Source: a virus. From it: a stretch of 64,000 nucleotides of DNA. How positions within the stretch are numbered: the first letter of the stretch is position 1; every line of letters begins with the position of its first letter. Position numbers and translations under genes: made by a program. The notes below the pieces were generated by a model that was not told the DNA's origin, did no database searches, and was given only the letters and a program-made list of their open reading frames with translations. Below, one piece after another: positions 50,682 to 60,989 of this stretch. The stretch lies in the IMG/VR virus record IMGVR_UViG_3300037069_000805, positions 32,001 to 96,000 of that record. One strand, given 5' to 3'.

Positions 50682-52190
50682 TTAATCTAGTATTGCTGGT
50701 TTAAGTGTTAATGTTCTTGATGAGTCTTTAACCATTGCTCCAGTACCACACATTGCAGTCATTGTAGCAGAGTCTTCCATCAATTGCATAATTCCACCTC
50801 TACGTCCAGAGAAAGGATCTCTAATACCTGCCATATAACCACGTAATTCATCATCACCACGTACTTTAATTTTTTGGATATTAGGCTCTTCCATTGAACC
50901 AATATATAGAATATCATAACGATATGATTCAGCAACTCCTCCATCTGGATGTAAAATTTTATTACGAACTTTATCATCATACATTGGATCTACTTCAAGC
51001 ATAATGTGAATATTATTAGGAGCTCTCCATTCTGTGAATTGGAAACCACCTTCAAAAGCATTATCATTAAATTTAGAAGTTACTTTATTGATAGCATTCA
51101 TGTTTGTATTATCAAACAATGATTTCCATCCTGAAGCAGCAGCTGTTGCTGCTCTATTAAATTGTGCAGCACCTCTTTCACCAGTTCTCAACATGAACTT
51201 TCTTTCACCCCAATCCAGTTTACCTTCAGATAACTCAGAAAGAGCATCTTCTAATAGACGCATAGAGAATCTATTATAAGTAATTGTATTTGAAACTTCC
51301 ATTTGTTCACGAATACCTGAACCAGCTTTAATTTCAATATTAGATTGACCTTTATTTAAGAAACGTCCATTTTCATCTCTGTTTGTTTTACCAAACATTA
51401 ATGTTTTAGATTTAATTTTTGAGAATTGACGTTCAAATTGCCACATTACTTCCTGCATCCAAGTTACTGACTTATGAACACCACCTGTATTCGGATCTCT
51501 AGTTTCAATACCAGCAAAATATACAGGTTCAACTTTCATATCAATCATTGCACCAGATACTTTAACCTCCATACGTAATGTAGAAACAGAGTTTCTCATT
51601 AACCAAGGTGAAGTAAACTGAATACCGGCACCACGAGTAGATAATTCATCTTCAACGTATGCAGATTCAATACTAAATCTATTTCCTGCAACTAATTCAT
51701 CTCCAGGAATACCTGCTAATGATTCTTGACCACCCCATACTTCACAAGTATAAACATAGTTAGAACCTTCTTCCATTGGTTCATCTGAAACAATTCTAAT
51801 TTGGTATACATCTGGTCTAGGACCTGCAATTACCATTTGTTTAGTAAACCATTTTTCAGCGAATACTAAATCGAAAGTTGTTCTTGCAACACCAATACCT
51901 GTATCACTACCAGCAACAACAGCACCTTGGAATCTTGCTTCAACAAGAGGTATATTTCTCTCATCACTTCCAACTACTTTCCATACAAAATCATCTGAAC
52001 TATTTAATACTTTTTCAGGGAATAAAGCTAGAGTTGTATCTAAATTTTTCATTCCTGAATTTTGTAGTAATACAGTTGTCAAAGGAGAAACTAATTGTGG
52101 TTGTGTTCCAAAGATAGCACCGATGTGATTTTTTAATGTTAATCCTGACCAGGCTTTACCCTTAGTCATTACAAACTTACCTACTGACAT
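50682..52190 (-). CDS. major capsid protein
   Basis: 502 aa; position portal-scaffold-MCP; AGSGIREQ, TGERGA..F, GFQFTE, DPMYDD; followed by a terminator. Confidence 0.88.
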   Translation of the reverse strand: MSVGKFVMTKGKAWSGLTLKNHIGAIFGTQPQLVSPLTTVLLQNSGMKNLDTTLALFPEKVLNSSDDFVWKVVGSDERNIPLVEARFQGAVVAGSDTGIGVARTTFDLVFAEKWFTKQMVIAGPRPDVYQIRIVSDEPMEEGSNYVYTCEVWGGQESLAGIPGDELVAGNRFSIESAYVEDELSTRGAGIQFTSPWLMRNSVSTLRMEVKVSGAMIDMKVEPVYFAGIETRDPNTGGVHKSVTWMQEVMWQFERQFSKIKSKTLMFGKTNRDENGRFLNKGQSNIEIKAGSGIREQMEVSNTITYNRFSMRLLEDALSELSEGKLDWGERKFMLRTGERGAAQFNRAATAAASGWKSLFDNTNMNAINKVTSKFNDNAFEGGFQFTEWRAPNNIHIMLEVDPMYDDKVRNKILHPDGGVAESYRYDILYIGSMEEPNIQKIKVRGDDELRGYMAGIRDPFSGRRGGIMQLMEDSATMTAMCGTGAMVKDSSRTLTLKPAILD

Positions 52191-52222
52191 ATTTATTTAT
52201 TTTAATTTATTTATATTTATTT

Positions 52223-53290
52223 TTATAATACTAATTCAGCACCTATACCTCCATAACTTTGAGAGTCATTTAAATAATCAGGTGTTCCATTATCTTCAAA
52301 GCTAGTTTTTCTTAAAACATTTTCTAAATTTTTAACAGATTTAGAAGTTATTGTTTTTTGAATATTACCTAAATTAGCAAAACCATTTGTAAGTTCATAT
52401 AAATAATACATTTTAGTATCAAATTCAATAGGATTTTTAGACCTATCTGTCATAAACTTATTCATCATTTCACCTGTTTCAGTATTTTTAGAAACAACTT
52501 CTGTCATACTCTTATATACTTTATCTTGTAAAGCTTTTGTATTTGGTATTCCCTGAATTACTTCTTTAGAATTAAATACAAAATTTTTAATAGTATTATT
52601 TATTTCTTCTTGTTCTTTAGCTTCATCTAAAAGTCTTTGTTTAGAATTTTCAACTTCAGCTAATTCAGCTCTTTTATTAAATTCTTTTAAACTTCCTGTA
52701 GATTCTAGTGCTTCTTCAATTACAACATCCTCACCTAAATCAATAGCTTTCTTAAGTTGTTTTTTAGCTCTATCTTCAGATAAACCTTGATTCATATAAT
52801 CTTTTAGAATTATATTTTTTGCTACTTCTAAATTTTCTTTTAAGTAATCTTCAGTAATTGATTCTAATTCTAAATTTTCTTTTCTAGATTGACCTATTTT
52901 TTCTAAATCTAAATTATCTAATTTACTAATTGCTTTTCTTTCAGCTTCAATTTCAATTTGTTTAGAAATAGCATTACCTAAATCATTAATTGTTTTAATT
53001 TTTTCTGAAGATTCCAATGAAGGTATAATTCCATGTTCAATAAGAACATCTGAGAAGGAAGTATACAAATTGGGAGAAGCATCATCATCTTTAGAATCAC
53101 CTTCATCTTTATCTTCGTCTTCCTCATCTACGTTCTCCTGAAGTTCATCATCTGTATCTTCATCGATAAGGTCTTTTTTATCTTTATCAGGATTTTCATC
53201 CTGTAATTCTTCTTCATTATAATTTATATCAAAGTTTAATTCTAAGTTATCAGAATTAAATAATGACATATCATTTTCATTTTCTTCCAT
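52223..53290 (-). CDS. acidic scaffold-like protein
   Basis: Highly acidic N-terminus and coiled coil, between portal and MCP. Confidence 0.65.
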   Translation of the reverse strand: MEENENDMSLFNSDNLELNFDINYNEEELQDENPDKDKKDLIDEDTDDELQENVDEEDEDKDEGDSKDDDASPNLYTSFSDVLIEHGIIPSLESSEKIKTINDLGNAISKQIEIEAERKAISKLDNLDLEKIGQSRKENLELESITEDYLKENLEVAKNIILKDYMNQGLSEDRAKKQLKKAIDLGEDVVIEEALESTGSLKEFNKRAELAEVENSKQRLLDEAKEQEEINNTIKNFVFNSKEVIQGIPNTKALQDKVYKSMTEVVSKNTETGEMMNKFMTDRSKNPIEFDTKMYYLYELTNGFANLGNIQKTITSKSVKNLENVLRKTSFEDNGTPDYLNDSQSYGGIGAELVL

Positions 53291-53317
53291 AATATTCTCC
53301 CTGTTTTATAAAGTTTG

Positions 53318-53398
53318 CAAATATAACACATTTTAAAAGGGAATCCAAATAAAATTTAAATTATTTCACTTTTTTCTCCTTTTAATAATAGCTAATTT
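53318..53398 (-). promoter_or_regulatory. promoter for scaffold/MCP with upstream AAATTAGCTATTAT box
   Basis: TTTG(53349-46)-N20-TATATTTG(53325-18); box at 53385-53398. Confidence 0.7.
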
Positions 53399-55791
53399 AT
53401 TCTTTTCTTTTGTATTCTAGCTATTTTTTGATCTTCAACTTTAGCTGCCATCTGATCATTATGTTTAATCATATCTTGATCCAATGTTCTCATTTTAGTT
53501 ATATAATCATCTTTTCTTTTTTGCTTATCTAAATTTAATTTCTCAATATCTAAAGGATCTACTATTCCATCTTCAGAATCATTAGTATTTTTAACATTTT
53601 CTTTTCCTAATTCTGCAATATATACTTTAGTTTCATTATCTCTTTGATTTTTTAAATCTTCTAATTCAAGTTTTCTATTTTCAAGATCAATAGTTGCTTG
53701 GTTATGTGCTTCTTGAATTTTATTAGCTTGATCTGATTGTTCAGATTGTCTTTGATGTAATTGATCTTCTGCCTCTTCAAATTTTCTTCTCATATCACTT
53801 AATGATGGACTAAAATAAATATCCATAATTGTAGAGAATGAACCTCCATTTTGTAAAAATGCTTGAGCATTAGATTTAATCATTTGTTCAAGTTCTTGAG
53901 TTTTCTGATTAGATGTTAATACTAAACCATAATCATTTTCAGTAAAATCTTCACCTTCAATATTAAGAATTTGAATTGATTGATCATCAAGTATATTTTG
54001 TACTTTCTTATTTTTACCTTTTAGAGCTATTTTAGCAGTTTCTAAAAAGCAATCTAATACTCTTAATTTACACTGATCATGAATACTAAACCACCATTCA
54101 GTAATATGAGATGATTGATTAACAGATCTTTCTACTCCACCAACAGTTTCTCTATTTTCAATTTGACCCTGTCTTTGTGCAGTTACTCCTGCAATTTCAC
54201 CCATCTCCATTTTAATGAATTCAAGTAATTGTATATGTTGTTGAATATATGCTCCAGTTTCCATATCCATTACTCTACCACCTTGAGTATTCATTGAACC
54301 TGCTAATTTACCAGTTGCAGCACCTTGATTACCTTCTTTAAATGAATCAATTACAGCAATCTTATTAACAACTGCGAAGTGCATCCATTTTTCTATTTCC
54401 CAATTTTCTGGTATTTTAGCAATATCTAATTCAAATATTTTACCATAATTAGTAGAAATAGCTTTATTAAGTCTATCCCAAATAACATCATACATATATT
54501 GATAGTTTTTACATCTATCAATTAATGATACTGCTTTAGATTGATTAGTATTATATATTTGACCTATAATACCTGGATGGCAAATAGAAGGATTATATAT
54601 TTTATTATATTGTACTTTTCTAGGTTTAATATTAAGAAATATATCTTTACCTAGTTTAACACCTTCCCACCATTCATTAACCCACATAGAAGTAATTTCT
54701 TCTCCAAGTGAAGCATCTGGTATATATTCTTCAGAAGCAATTTTATATTGTTCTTCTCCTAATTCATCATAGTATTTAACCTTTTTAACTTCTTTAATAG
54801 ATTTCCAAAACACTTTTAATACTCTAATATTACCTGTTTCATCAGTATAATTAGCACCAAAGAAATGTCCATTTAATTCAGCTAAATCAAATACACTATT
54901 ATAAATACCTTCAATACCAGTATTTAAACCATCTCTTAATAAAGTATGATTATTTTGATCATCAGAATAAGTTCCACTTGAACTAACTGTACTATAATCT
55001 AAAATATAATCAATATCTTCTGGTTTTAATTCATCATGGAATACATCAATAATTTTATGTGGACTCCAATGATCTTGTATAATTATAATAGAAGAATCTT
55101 CTATTTTATCTGAATTACCAGAACGAACAGAATGTACTTTTAATGGATTTAATTTAGTTAATATTGGTTCATCATGAACAATATCACATAAATATATTTC
55201 TTCTGCAAATATTAGAGCATCTTTAAATCCAGCATTAAATATATTTTCAAATCTTTGTTCTTGTGAATAATGTTTTAATATCTGATTAGCCATTTTTTCA
55301 CGAAGATCTTTCCAAGTATATTTCATATGCTTAGATAAATCATCCATTTTTACTTTTAATTCTTCTTCACTATAGTTAGCTTGGAAAAATTCAGTAAGTC
55401 TTTGATTTAGATAAGCTTTTTTATCTTCTTCTTTTTTAGTAATTGCATCTGGATTAGTTACAATAACTGAATAATCAAATCTTCTTTTAATTTCTTCACC
55501 TACTAATAAATCTATCTTAGGTATAAGAATTGGATGATGTGGTATATTATCTGGAACAAATGAAGCATCTATTTGATGAGGATTAACTACATTAGTTAAA
55601 TCTCTAATATCAACAATACCATTGTATAAATTTAAATTTATAATTTTGTTTCTTAAACTTTTTCTAACAATCTCATTATTGTAAAATGAATGTTTATCTG
55701 CATAATTTATACAGTCAATTCTCCATTGTTTATCTTTTTGAGAATAAGGTAGACGCTGTCTAGGTAAAATTAAATTATTTATTCTTTCCAT
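53392..55791 (-). CDS. portal protein
   Basis: 799 aa after terminase; LPRQRLP..K, PKIDLLVGEE, WVNEWWEG, GVTAQRQG, C-terminal coiled coil. Confidence 0.88.
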   Translation of the reverse strand: MERINNLILPRQRLPYSQKDKQWRIDCINYADKHSFYNNEIVRKSLRNKIINLNLYNGIVDIRDLTNVVNPHQIDASFVPDNIPHHPILIPKIDLLVGEEIKRRFDYSVIVTNPDAITKKEEDKKAYLNQRLTEFFQANYSEEELKVKMDDLSKHMKYTWKDLREKMANQILKHYSQEQRFENIFNAGFKDALIFAEEIYLCDIVHDEPILTKLNPLKVHSVRSGNSDKIEDSSIIIIQDHWSPHKIIDVFHDELKPEDIDYILDYSTVSSSGTYSDDQNNHTLLRDGLNTGIEGIYNSVFDLAELNGHFFGANYTDETGNIRVLKVFWKSIKEVKKVKYYDELGEEQYKIASEEYIPDASLGEEITSMWVNEWWEGVKLGKDIFLNIKPRKVQYNKIYNPSICHPGIIGQIYNTNQSKAVSLIDRCKNYQYMYDVIWDRLNKAISTNYGKIFELDIAKIPENWEIEKWMHFAVVNKIAVIDSFKEGNQGAATGKLAGSMNTQGGRVMDMETGAYIQQHIQLLEFIKMEMGEIAGVTAQRQGQIENRETVGGVERSVNQSSHITEWWFSIHDQCKLRVLDCFLETAKIALKGKNKKVQNILDDQSIQILNIEGEDFTENDYGLVLTSNQKTQELEQMIKSNAQAFLQNGGSFSTIMDIYFSPSLSDMRRKFEEAEDQLHQRQSEQSDQANKIQEAHNQATIDLENRKLELEDLKNQRDNETKVYIAELGKENVKNTNDSEDGIVDPLDIEKLNLDKQKRKDDYITKMRTLDQDMIKHNDQMAAKVEDQKIARIQKKRIN

Positions 55792-55809
55792 TATTTTTCT
55801 TTTAACTTG

Positions 55810-55890
55810 CTAATATAAACAATAAAGTAACTAATTCCAAATAAAAATGTATTTATTTTAGAAAAAGTTACTTTAAATAATAGCTAATTT
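55810..55890 (-). promoter_or_regulatory. promoter for portal with upstream AAATTAGCTATTAT box
   Basis: TTTG(55841-38)-N20-TATATTAG(55817-10); box at 55877-55890. Confidence 0.6.
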
Positions 55891-55891
55891 G

Positions 55892-58108
55892 TTATTTATA
55901 ATTTTTTGTAAAAAAAGGATCGTTAGTTAATTTCTTAATTTGTTTCTCCTGATTTTCTTTTGCTGAGTTAGTTCTTTTAACTCTATCTTCTCTTAATAAG
56001 AATAACATACCTGCAGCAGATACTCTATCAAAGTTACCATCACTATTCCAAGCAATACATTCTTCTAAATAAGGTATAGTTCTAATATGATGTAATTTAA
56101 GACTTGTATCATCTTCATCACCTTCATTATATCTAGTTAACATATATTGTGCTTGAAGCAATCTACCCCATTTATTTATCTCTTTATTAGCGTGTGTACC
56201 CTTAGCTTTATTACCATATAGATTAGTTGCTTTAACCATATCCATATCTTTAAGTATTTGAGGTACATCAGATAAATAATGTAAACAATTTCTAGCATCA
56301 AAATAACTAAATAAACCTTTTAAGTTACTTTCATAATTAGCTTCACCATTATAAAACTTAAGTACTCTTAATGCTATTTCATATGCATCATTTGCTAATC
56401 TAGGTCTACCAGTATATTCACAAATAATTCTATCTGTAAATGTATCTAATCCGATTATACTAAATAATGAACTACCTGTATCAGCATCAATAGGGTCAAT
56501 ACCAAATATATATCTTCCTCTTGGTATTTCTCCATTAGCATTTTTACGAGGCATTTCAAATATTTCAAGACAACCAGTTCTATCTGTATCAGAACTATCA
56601 TAAGCTCTTAAAGGAAACTTATCCGTACTAGGTTTCCATTCAACATCTCCAGTACTATTATATATTAAATCACCAATATAATGCTCAGCTAAAAAAGATT
56701 CTTTCTTAGGACCAATAGTTTCAAGATAATCTTTTATATCAGCAACAGGAAATACTGTACCCTCAGTACGCATAATAGCTTCCTGTGGTGTAATAGGTTC
56801 CTCTGCTTTCTTTTGTGTAATAGCTCGAGCATCAGATGAATTATATTTTACTTGATGTCTATCTAATAGAATTTCTACTAAAGCTTTAATAACATCGGGT
56901 TCTCCTACACTTTCATCATAACATTCATTTCTATTAAGATATGCTCCCCAAAAGAATCCACATTCAGTTTCTCCAGTTGCAGATTTATCAAATACATTTG
57001 GAATACCTAAAATATTATAAGCACCAGGTTTATAAAATAATTTCTCAGAACCACTAAATGAAGCTCCTTCAACTCCACCTGTACCACCAGATAACATAAA
57101 TCCAGAAGATACACCCCCATCTTCAACAGCTTTTCTATTAACATTCCAAGCTTTTTCAAGATTTGGAAAAAGACCATCTTCTTCATAGTGAATTAAAGGT
57201 CCTCTAATACCCCTAGCTTTATCAGGATTATCTTTTAATGATATACCATAGACAGAAGATAATAATCCCTTACGTGTACCATATTCATCTTTAAATCCTA
57301 ACTGAATATTCATCTCTTTAGTAGCATCAATAGTTCTCATTCTAGGTAATGGAGTATTCTCTGCTATCCAGTCAAGAGTATCTATAACTTTACCCCATAT
57401 TCCCTTATCTCCAGATAAAAATCCTTTATCAGATGCTAAATGGAAATTAGGATTACCAGAACCAGGTAATACATACATATTTCTAGGTGATTCAGATGCA
57501 TTTTTGAAACTAAATCCAATACCCCTAGTCTTTAATACTTTACCATGTTTACCTAATCTCTTTGCTCTACAAGTATAATGAAAATATAAATAATCACCTA
57601 ACCAAGGTTTAGCAAACTTTCGTACACGTTCACCTTGACTTCTTTCACCTTTACCACTAGTAGCAATAGTTTCAACTAACCAAATAGGACTATAGTTCCA
57701 ATAGAAATATAATTCACCAGGAATCCATTCTCCATCAGATTCTCTAATCATGCCATATTTCCATCTTTTAAGTTCTTCTTTCCAGAATTCAGCGTATTCA
57801 GATTTAGGATTGCTATTAGGTGATATATTAGTATACTTACCATTCTTTTGAAAGAATATAGCAGCTTCTCTAAAATAATCCATATCCTCTAATATATGAG
57901 GATTAGTTAAATCTACATCAATTCTATCATCATCATATAGTTCACTCTTAGGTCTATCTTTAGCAAAGCCTCTGATAGATTCTGGTGCTATAAGGTTTTT
58001 AATAAATCTAATTGTAGATATATATTCTATTAAATTTTCATATACTTCTTTTGGTAGTGATTCTCTTAACTCATCATCTATTTTACTTTGGTATTTATTT
58101 AATTCCAT
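55892..58108 (-). CDS. terL: terminase large subunit
   Basis: KTRGIGFS (Walker A-like), YEEDG (Walker B), GGTGG, nuclease IFGIDP and GNFDRVSA. Confidence 0.9.
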   Translation of the reverse strand: MELNKYQSKIDDELRESLPKEVYENLIEYISTIRFIKNLIAPESIRGFAKDRPKSELYDDDRIDVDLTNPHILEDMDYFREAAIFFQKNGKYTNISPNSNPKSEYAEFWKEELKRWKYGMIRESDGEWIPGELYFYWNYSPIWLVETIATSGKGERSQGERVRKFAKPWLGDYLYFHYTCRAKRLGKHGKVLKTRGIGFSFKNASESPRNMYVLPGSGNPNFHLASDKGFLSGDKGIWGKVIDTLDWIAENTPLPRMRTIDATKEMNIQLGFKDEYGTRKGLLSSVYGISLKDNPDKARGIRGPLIHYEEDGLFPNLEKAWNVNRKAVEDGGVSSGFMLSGGTGGVEGASFSGSEKLFYKPGAYNILGIPNVFDKSATGETECGFFWGAYLNRNECYDESVGEPDVIKALVEILLDRHQVKYNSSDARAITQKKAEEPITPQEAIMRTEGTVFPVADIKDYLETIGPKKESFLAEHYIGDLIYNSTGDVEWKPSTDKFPLRAYDSSDTDRTGCLEIFEMPRKNANGEIPRGRYIFGIDPIDADTGSSLFSIIGLDTFTDRIICEYTGRPRLANDAYEIALRVLKFYNGEANYESNLKGLFSYFDARNCLHYLSDVPQILKDMDMVKATNLYGNKAKGTHANKEINKWGRLLQAQYMLTRYNEGDEDDTSLKLHHIRTIPYLEECIAWNSDGNFDRVSAAGMLFLLREDRVKRTNSAKENQEKQIKKLTNDPFFTKNYK

Positions 58109-59586
58109 TGTTGAGGACTTAATATAATTGTTTCAGTTGATAATATTGTTTTAGCTATAGAAGCCGCATTTTCTAAAGCACATCTAGCAACTTTAAAAGG
58201 ATCAATAATATTTTTATTAAACATATTTTCAATATTATTCAAATTAGTTCCATTTTCTTTTATTTTATAAAAAGGTTTAGATAAACAATTATAAACTTCC
58301 ATTATAAATACCTGTTTTGCGTTTAATGGTTCTAATCTTACACTCCCATCTTCATCAAATTGTAAAGAGTCCATAAAATTATGATATATTTTATATAAAG
58401 CAACACCTCCACCTTCAATAATACCTTCTTCTAATGCACATGCTACAGCTAATACAGCATCATCATATCTATCTTTACGCTCTTTCATTTCTAATTCAGA
58501 ACCACCACCTACTTTAATTACAGCAGCTTTACCATTTAGATTTTCATAACGTATTTTACTTAAAGGATCTTTATCCTTAGTAAGTTCTTTTAATTCACTA
58601 ATATATTCTTCAATATTAACATCATTTGATTTAATTAATAAAGAAGAATTCTTACCTATCTTAACTGAATCTAATATACCTAATACATTATTATTAATAA
58701 GATTAGTAAAATCATTTACTATTTTAGCACCTGTAAAGAAAGATAAATCTTTTATTAGATCTTTTCTATGTTGTGCAAATCCAGGTGTTCTAATCGCACA
58801 TAATTTAATATTACCACTTAATACATTGCTTTCTAATAATCTTAATACATTATCTGAAATATGTTCTGTGATAATTAATATATTTCTACCTTCACTAGAT
58901 GCTTTTTCTAATGGATTTTTAAATACTTTTAAATCTTCTATTTTACCATCTAATAGTAATACATAAGGATTATCCATATTACACAAACCTTTTCTTTCAT
59001 CTGTAATAAAGTGTTTAGAAAAGTAAGATACATCTAATTTCATACCAGTAATTAATTCAATAATATCTTCATTATTATTAGATTCTTCTACTTTAACTAT
59101 ATCAGAATGGTTATAAGCTTGTTGAATAATATCACCAATCTGTACATCGTTATTAGCAGATATACTAGCAACATGTTTAATGTCTTCATGTTTTAATTCT
59201 CTTGAATTAAGTTTTAATTGTTCTATAACTTTAGGTATAATTTCATCAAATGCTTTTATAACCTCTTTAGAATTAAAATCTTTAAGATTGTTAATAAAAG
59301 CAGAAGCTAATACAATAGCTGTAGTAGTACCATCACCAGCTTCATCTGCAGTCTTTTCAGCTACTTCTTTAATCATAATAGCTGCAGCATTTTCAATTGG
59401 ATCTTTAAAAGATATAGCTTTAGCTACAGATACACCATCTTTAGTAATATATGGTTTACCATATTCATCTGTTATAATAACAGTTTTACCTTCTGGTCCC
59501 ATAGTAGAAGCTACAGCATCTCTTAATTTATTTATTCCACTAATAAGTTTATCTTTAAATTCTTCTTTAAAATATATTTCTTGCAT
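58099..59586 (-). CDS. groEL: phage-encoded group I chaperonin GroEL
   Basis: TMGPEG, ITKDGVSVAK, AGDGTTTA, ISANND, KERKDRYDDA, EEGIIEGGG, IIDPFKV. Confidence 0.95.
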   Translation of the reverse strand: MQEIYFKEEFKDKLISGINKLRDAVASTMGPEGKTVIITDEYGKPYITKDGVSVAKAISFKDPIENAAAIMIKEVAEKTADEAGDGTTTAIVLASAFINNLKDFNSKEVIKAFDEIIPKVIEQLKLNSRELKHEDIKHVASISANNDVQIGDIIQQAYNHSDIVKVEESNNNEDIIELITGMKLDVSYFSKHFITDERKGLCNMDNPYVLLLDGKIEDLKVFKNPLEKASSEGRNILIITEHISDNVLRLLESNVLSGNIKLCAIRTPGFAQHRKDLIKDLSFFTGAKIVNDFTNLINNNVLGILDSVKIGKNSSLLIKSNDVNIEEYISELKELTKDKDPLSKIRYENLNGKAAVIKVGGGSELEMKERKDRYDDAVLAVACALEEGIIEGGGVALYKIYHNFMDSLQFDEDGSVRLEPLNAKQVFIMEVYNCLSKPFYKIKENGTNLNNIENMFNKNIIDPFKVARCALENAASIAKTILSTETIILSPQQWN

Positions 59587-60128
59587 TATAAATATTTATA
59601 GTTAAAATTAATTTTATGTTTTATAGCCCACTTAAATGTTCCATAATTCATATTCTCATAAATAGAAGCTTCTTTTAAAGTATTAAATATTAAATTCTTA
59701 TCTACATTTAAAACCTTTTTAGAATTTGGATTTTTATCTAATAAAAACAATCCTTCTTTAGCTATTGACATTTTTAATCTAGATTCTTTAGATACTACTC
59801 TATTTCTATGAAAATCTGCAATCTTCCTTCTTGTTTCAATAGAAGGAGATTTTCCTTCAGATCCATCACCACCAAATGTCATATTACAAAGAGTTTTAAA
59901 ATCATATTGACTAATTATAAAACATTCTAATTCACAAGCATCGTTCCAAGATAGATTTTCAGCAAGTATTCTTACAATATAATTTGTTTTATTAATTACT
60001 CTTTTCCAATGTAAATTTCTATTAGAATTTTTATATGCTCTTTTAATATAACCCATTCCTATATAAAACACTTTGTTTGTATCTAATCTAATGTGTTGAT
60101 AGACACATTTGTTATTTTCTTTTCTCAT
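59586..60128 (-). CDS. GIY-YIG homing endonuclease with NUMOD3
   Basis: CVYQH..VFYIGMG, LCNMTFGGDG, ETRRKI; likely start MRKENN at 60128. Confidence 0.85.
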   Translation of the reverse strand: MRKENNKCVYQHIRLDTNKVFYIGMGYIKRAYKNSNRNLHWKRVINKTNYIVRILAENLSWNDACELECFIISQYDFKTLCNMTFGGDGSEGKSPSIETRRKIADFHRNRVVSKESRLKMSIAKEGLFLLDKNPNSKKVLNVDKNLIFNTLKEASIYENMNYGTFKWAIKHKINFNYKYL

Positions 60129-60129
60129 C

Positions 60130-60696
60130 TTATTCAAATTCCAAACCTTGTTCAAAAAATCCCATCGTTTTACTACCTTTAGTTCTTCCTTCCATTTCTT
60201 TTTGTTCTGCAAGCACTTCTTTGTATGCTGCTTTTAAGTCTTTCATAATACCTGGTACAGCTTTTAAAGCAGATGTAACTGTAGATAATTGTGTAACTAC
60301 ACCACCAGATGTAGTTCTTTCAGCTAATATTACATCTGCATTTTCTAAATATTTAGATATATCATCAGCAGCTTTTAATGATGATTTATATAATCTAGCA
60401 ATAGGTGTAATAGACATTGATTCATAATATTTAATTGCATTTCTAACAATATCATCTATTTTCCAATCTTCCGGTAATCCAATATCTTTTATTATTTCTA
60501 TTTCTCTTTCTTTATTATCTACTTTATATAAATAATCTGAACGAATATCTGTATAATAATAAATAAATAACATTTCTTTAAATGCTAATTCTTTATTTCT
60601 AGATTTATCTTTTTTAAGAATAGCTTTAAAAGGCAACAACCCCCATGTTTCGTCGGAAACATAGAGGATGTATTCTTTAATTTCAAATAATTTCAT
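60130..60696 (-). CDS. conserved protein upstream of terminase (terminase small subunit candidate)
   Basis: 188 aa, helical; DKSRNKELAFKEM.FIYY..D.RS; position. Confidence 0.5.
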   Translation of the reverse strand: MKLFEIKEYILYVSDETWGLLPFKAILKKDKSRNKELAFKEMLFIYYYTDIRSDYLYKVDNKEREIEIIKDIGLPEDWKIDDIVRNAIKYYESMSITPIARLYKSSLKAADDISKYLENADVILAERTTSGGVVTQLSTVTSALKAVPGIMKDLKAAYKEVLAEQKEMEGRTKGSKTMGFFEQGLEFE

Positions 60697-60989
60697 TATT
60701 TACTTTTCTTTGATTTAGATTTTGGTGTTGCCACAACTTCAGTGTCTGGTTCACATACACATTCTTTATCACAAACTTCTGTTTTAAATGTTTCAATTTG
60801 TGCATAAACATCTTTTAGTTCAGATTTTAAGTCTTTAATTACTTTCTCTTTACGAGCAACTTCATCTTCTGTTACTAGAACTTTAGTATTTAATTTACTA
60901 ACTTCTTTCTTTAATGTATAAGCTACATATGCTCTATTAATTAATAATAAACTGATTGCTCCCGCTACTAATTCTACTACTCCTACCAT
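60696..60989 (-). CDS. membrane-anchored coiled-coil protein
   Basis: N-terminal TM helix, coiled coil, basic tail. Confidence 0.55.
   Translation of the reverse strand: MVGVVELVAGAISLLLINRAYVAYTLKKEVSKLNTKVLVTEDEVARKEKVIKDLKSELKDVYAQIETFKTEVCDKECVCEPDTEVVATPKSKSKKSK

Noticed and set aside
7567-58108. Stop-codon reassignment (TAG or TGA), as in some crAss-like phages
   Set aside because: All large late genes are intact in the standard code; TAG (7567, 53392) and TGA (e.g. 12633) act as real stops at gene boundaries
58099-59586. GroEL as host contamination or a chimeric join
   Set aside because: It overlaps terL, is TAATG-coupled to the upstream gene, matches the phage AT-rich composition and is divergent from cellular GroEL
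12633-60128. Group I introns or inteins around the endonucleases or in terminase/RNAP
   Set aside because: The endonuclease ORFs abut complete genes with no room for ribozyme cores; RNAP has no internal Cys and no evident intein, and terL, MCP and portal are uninterrupted
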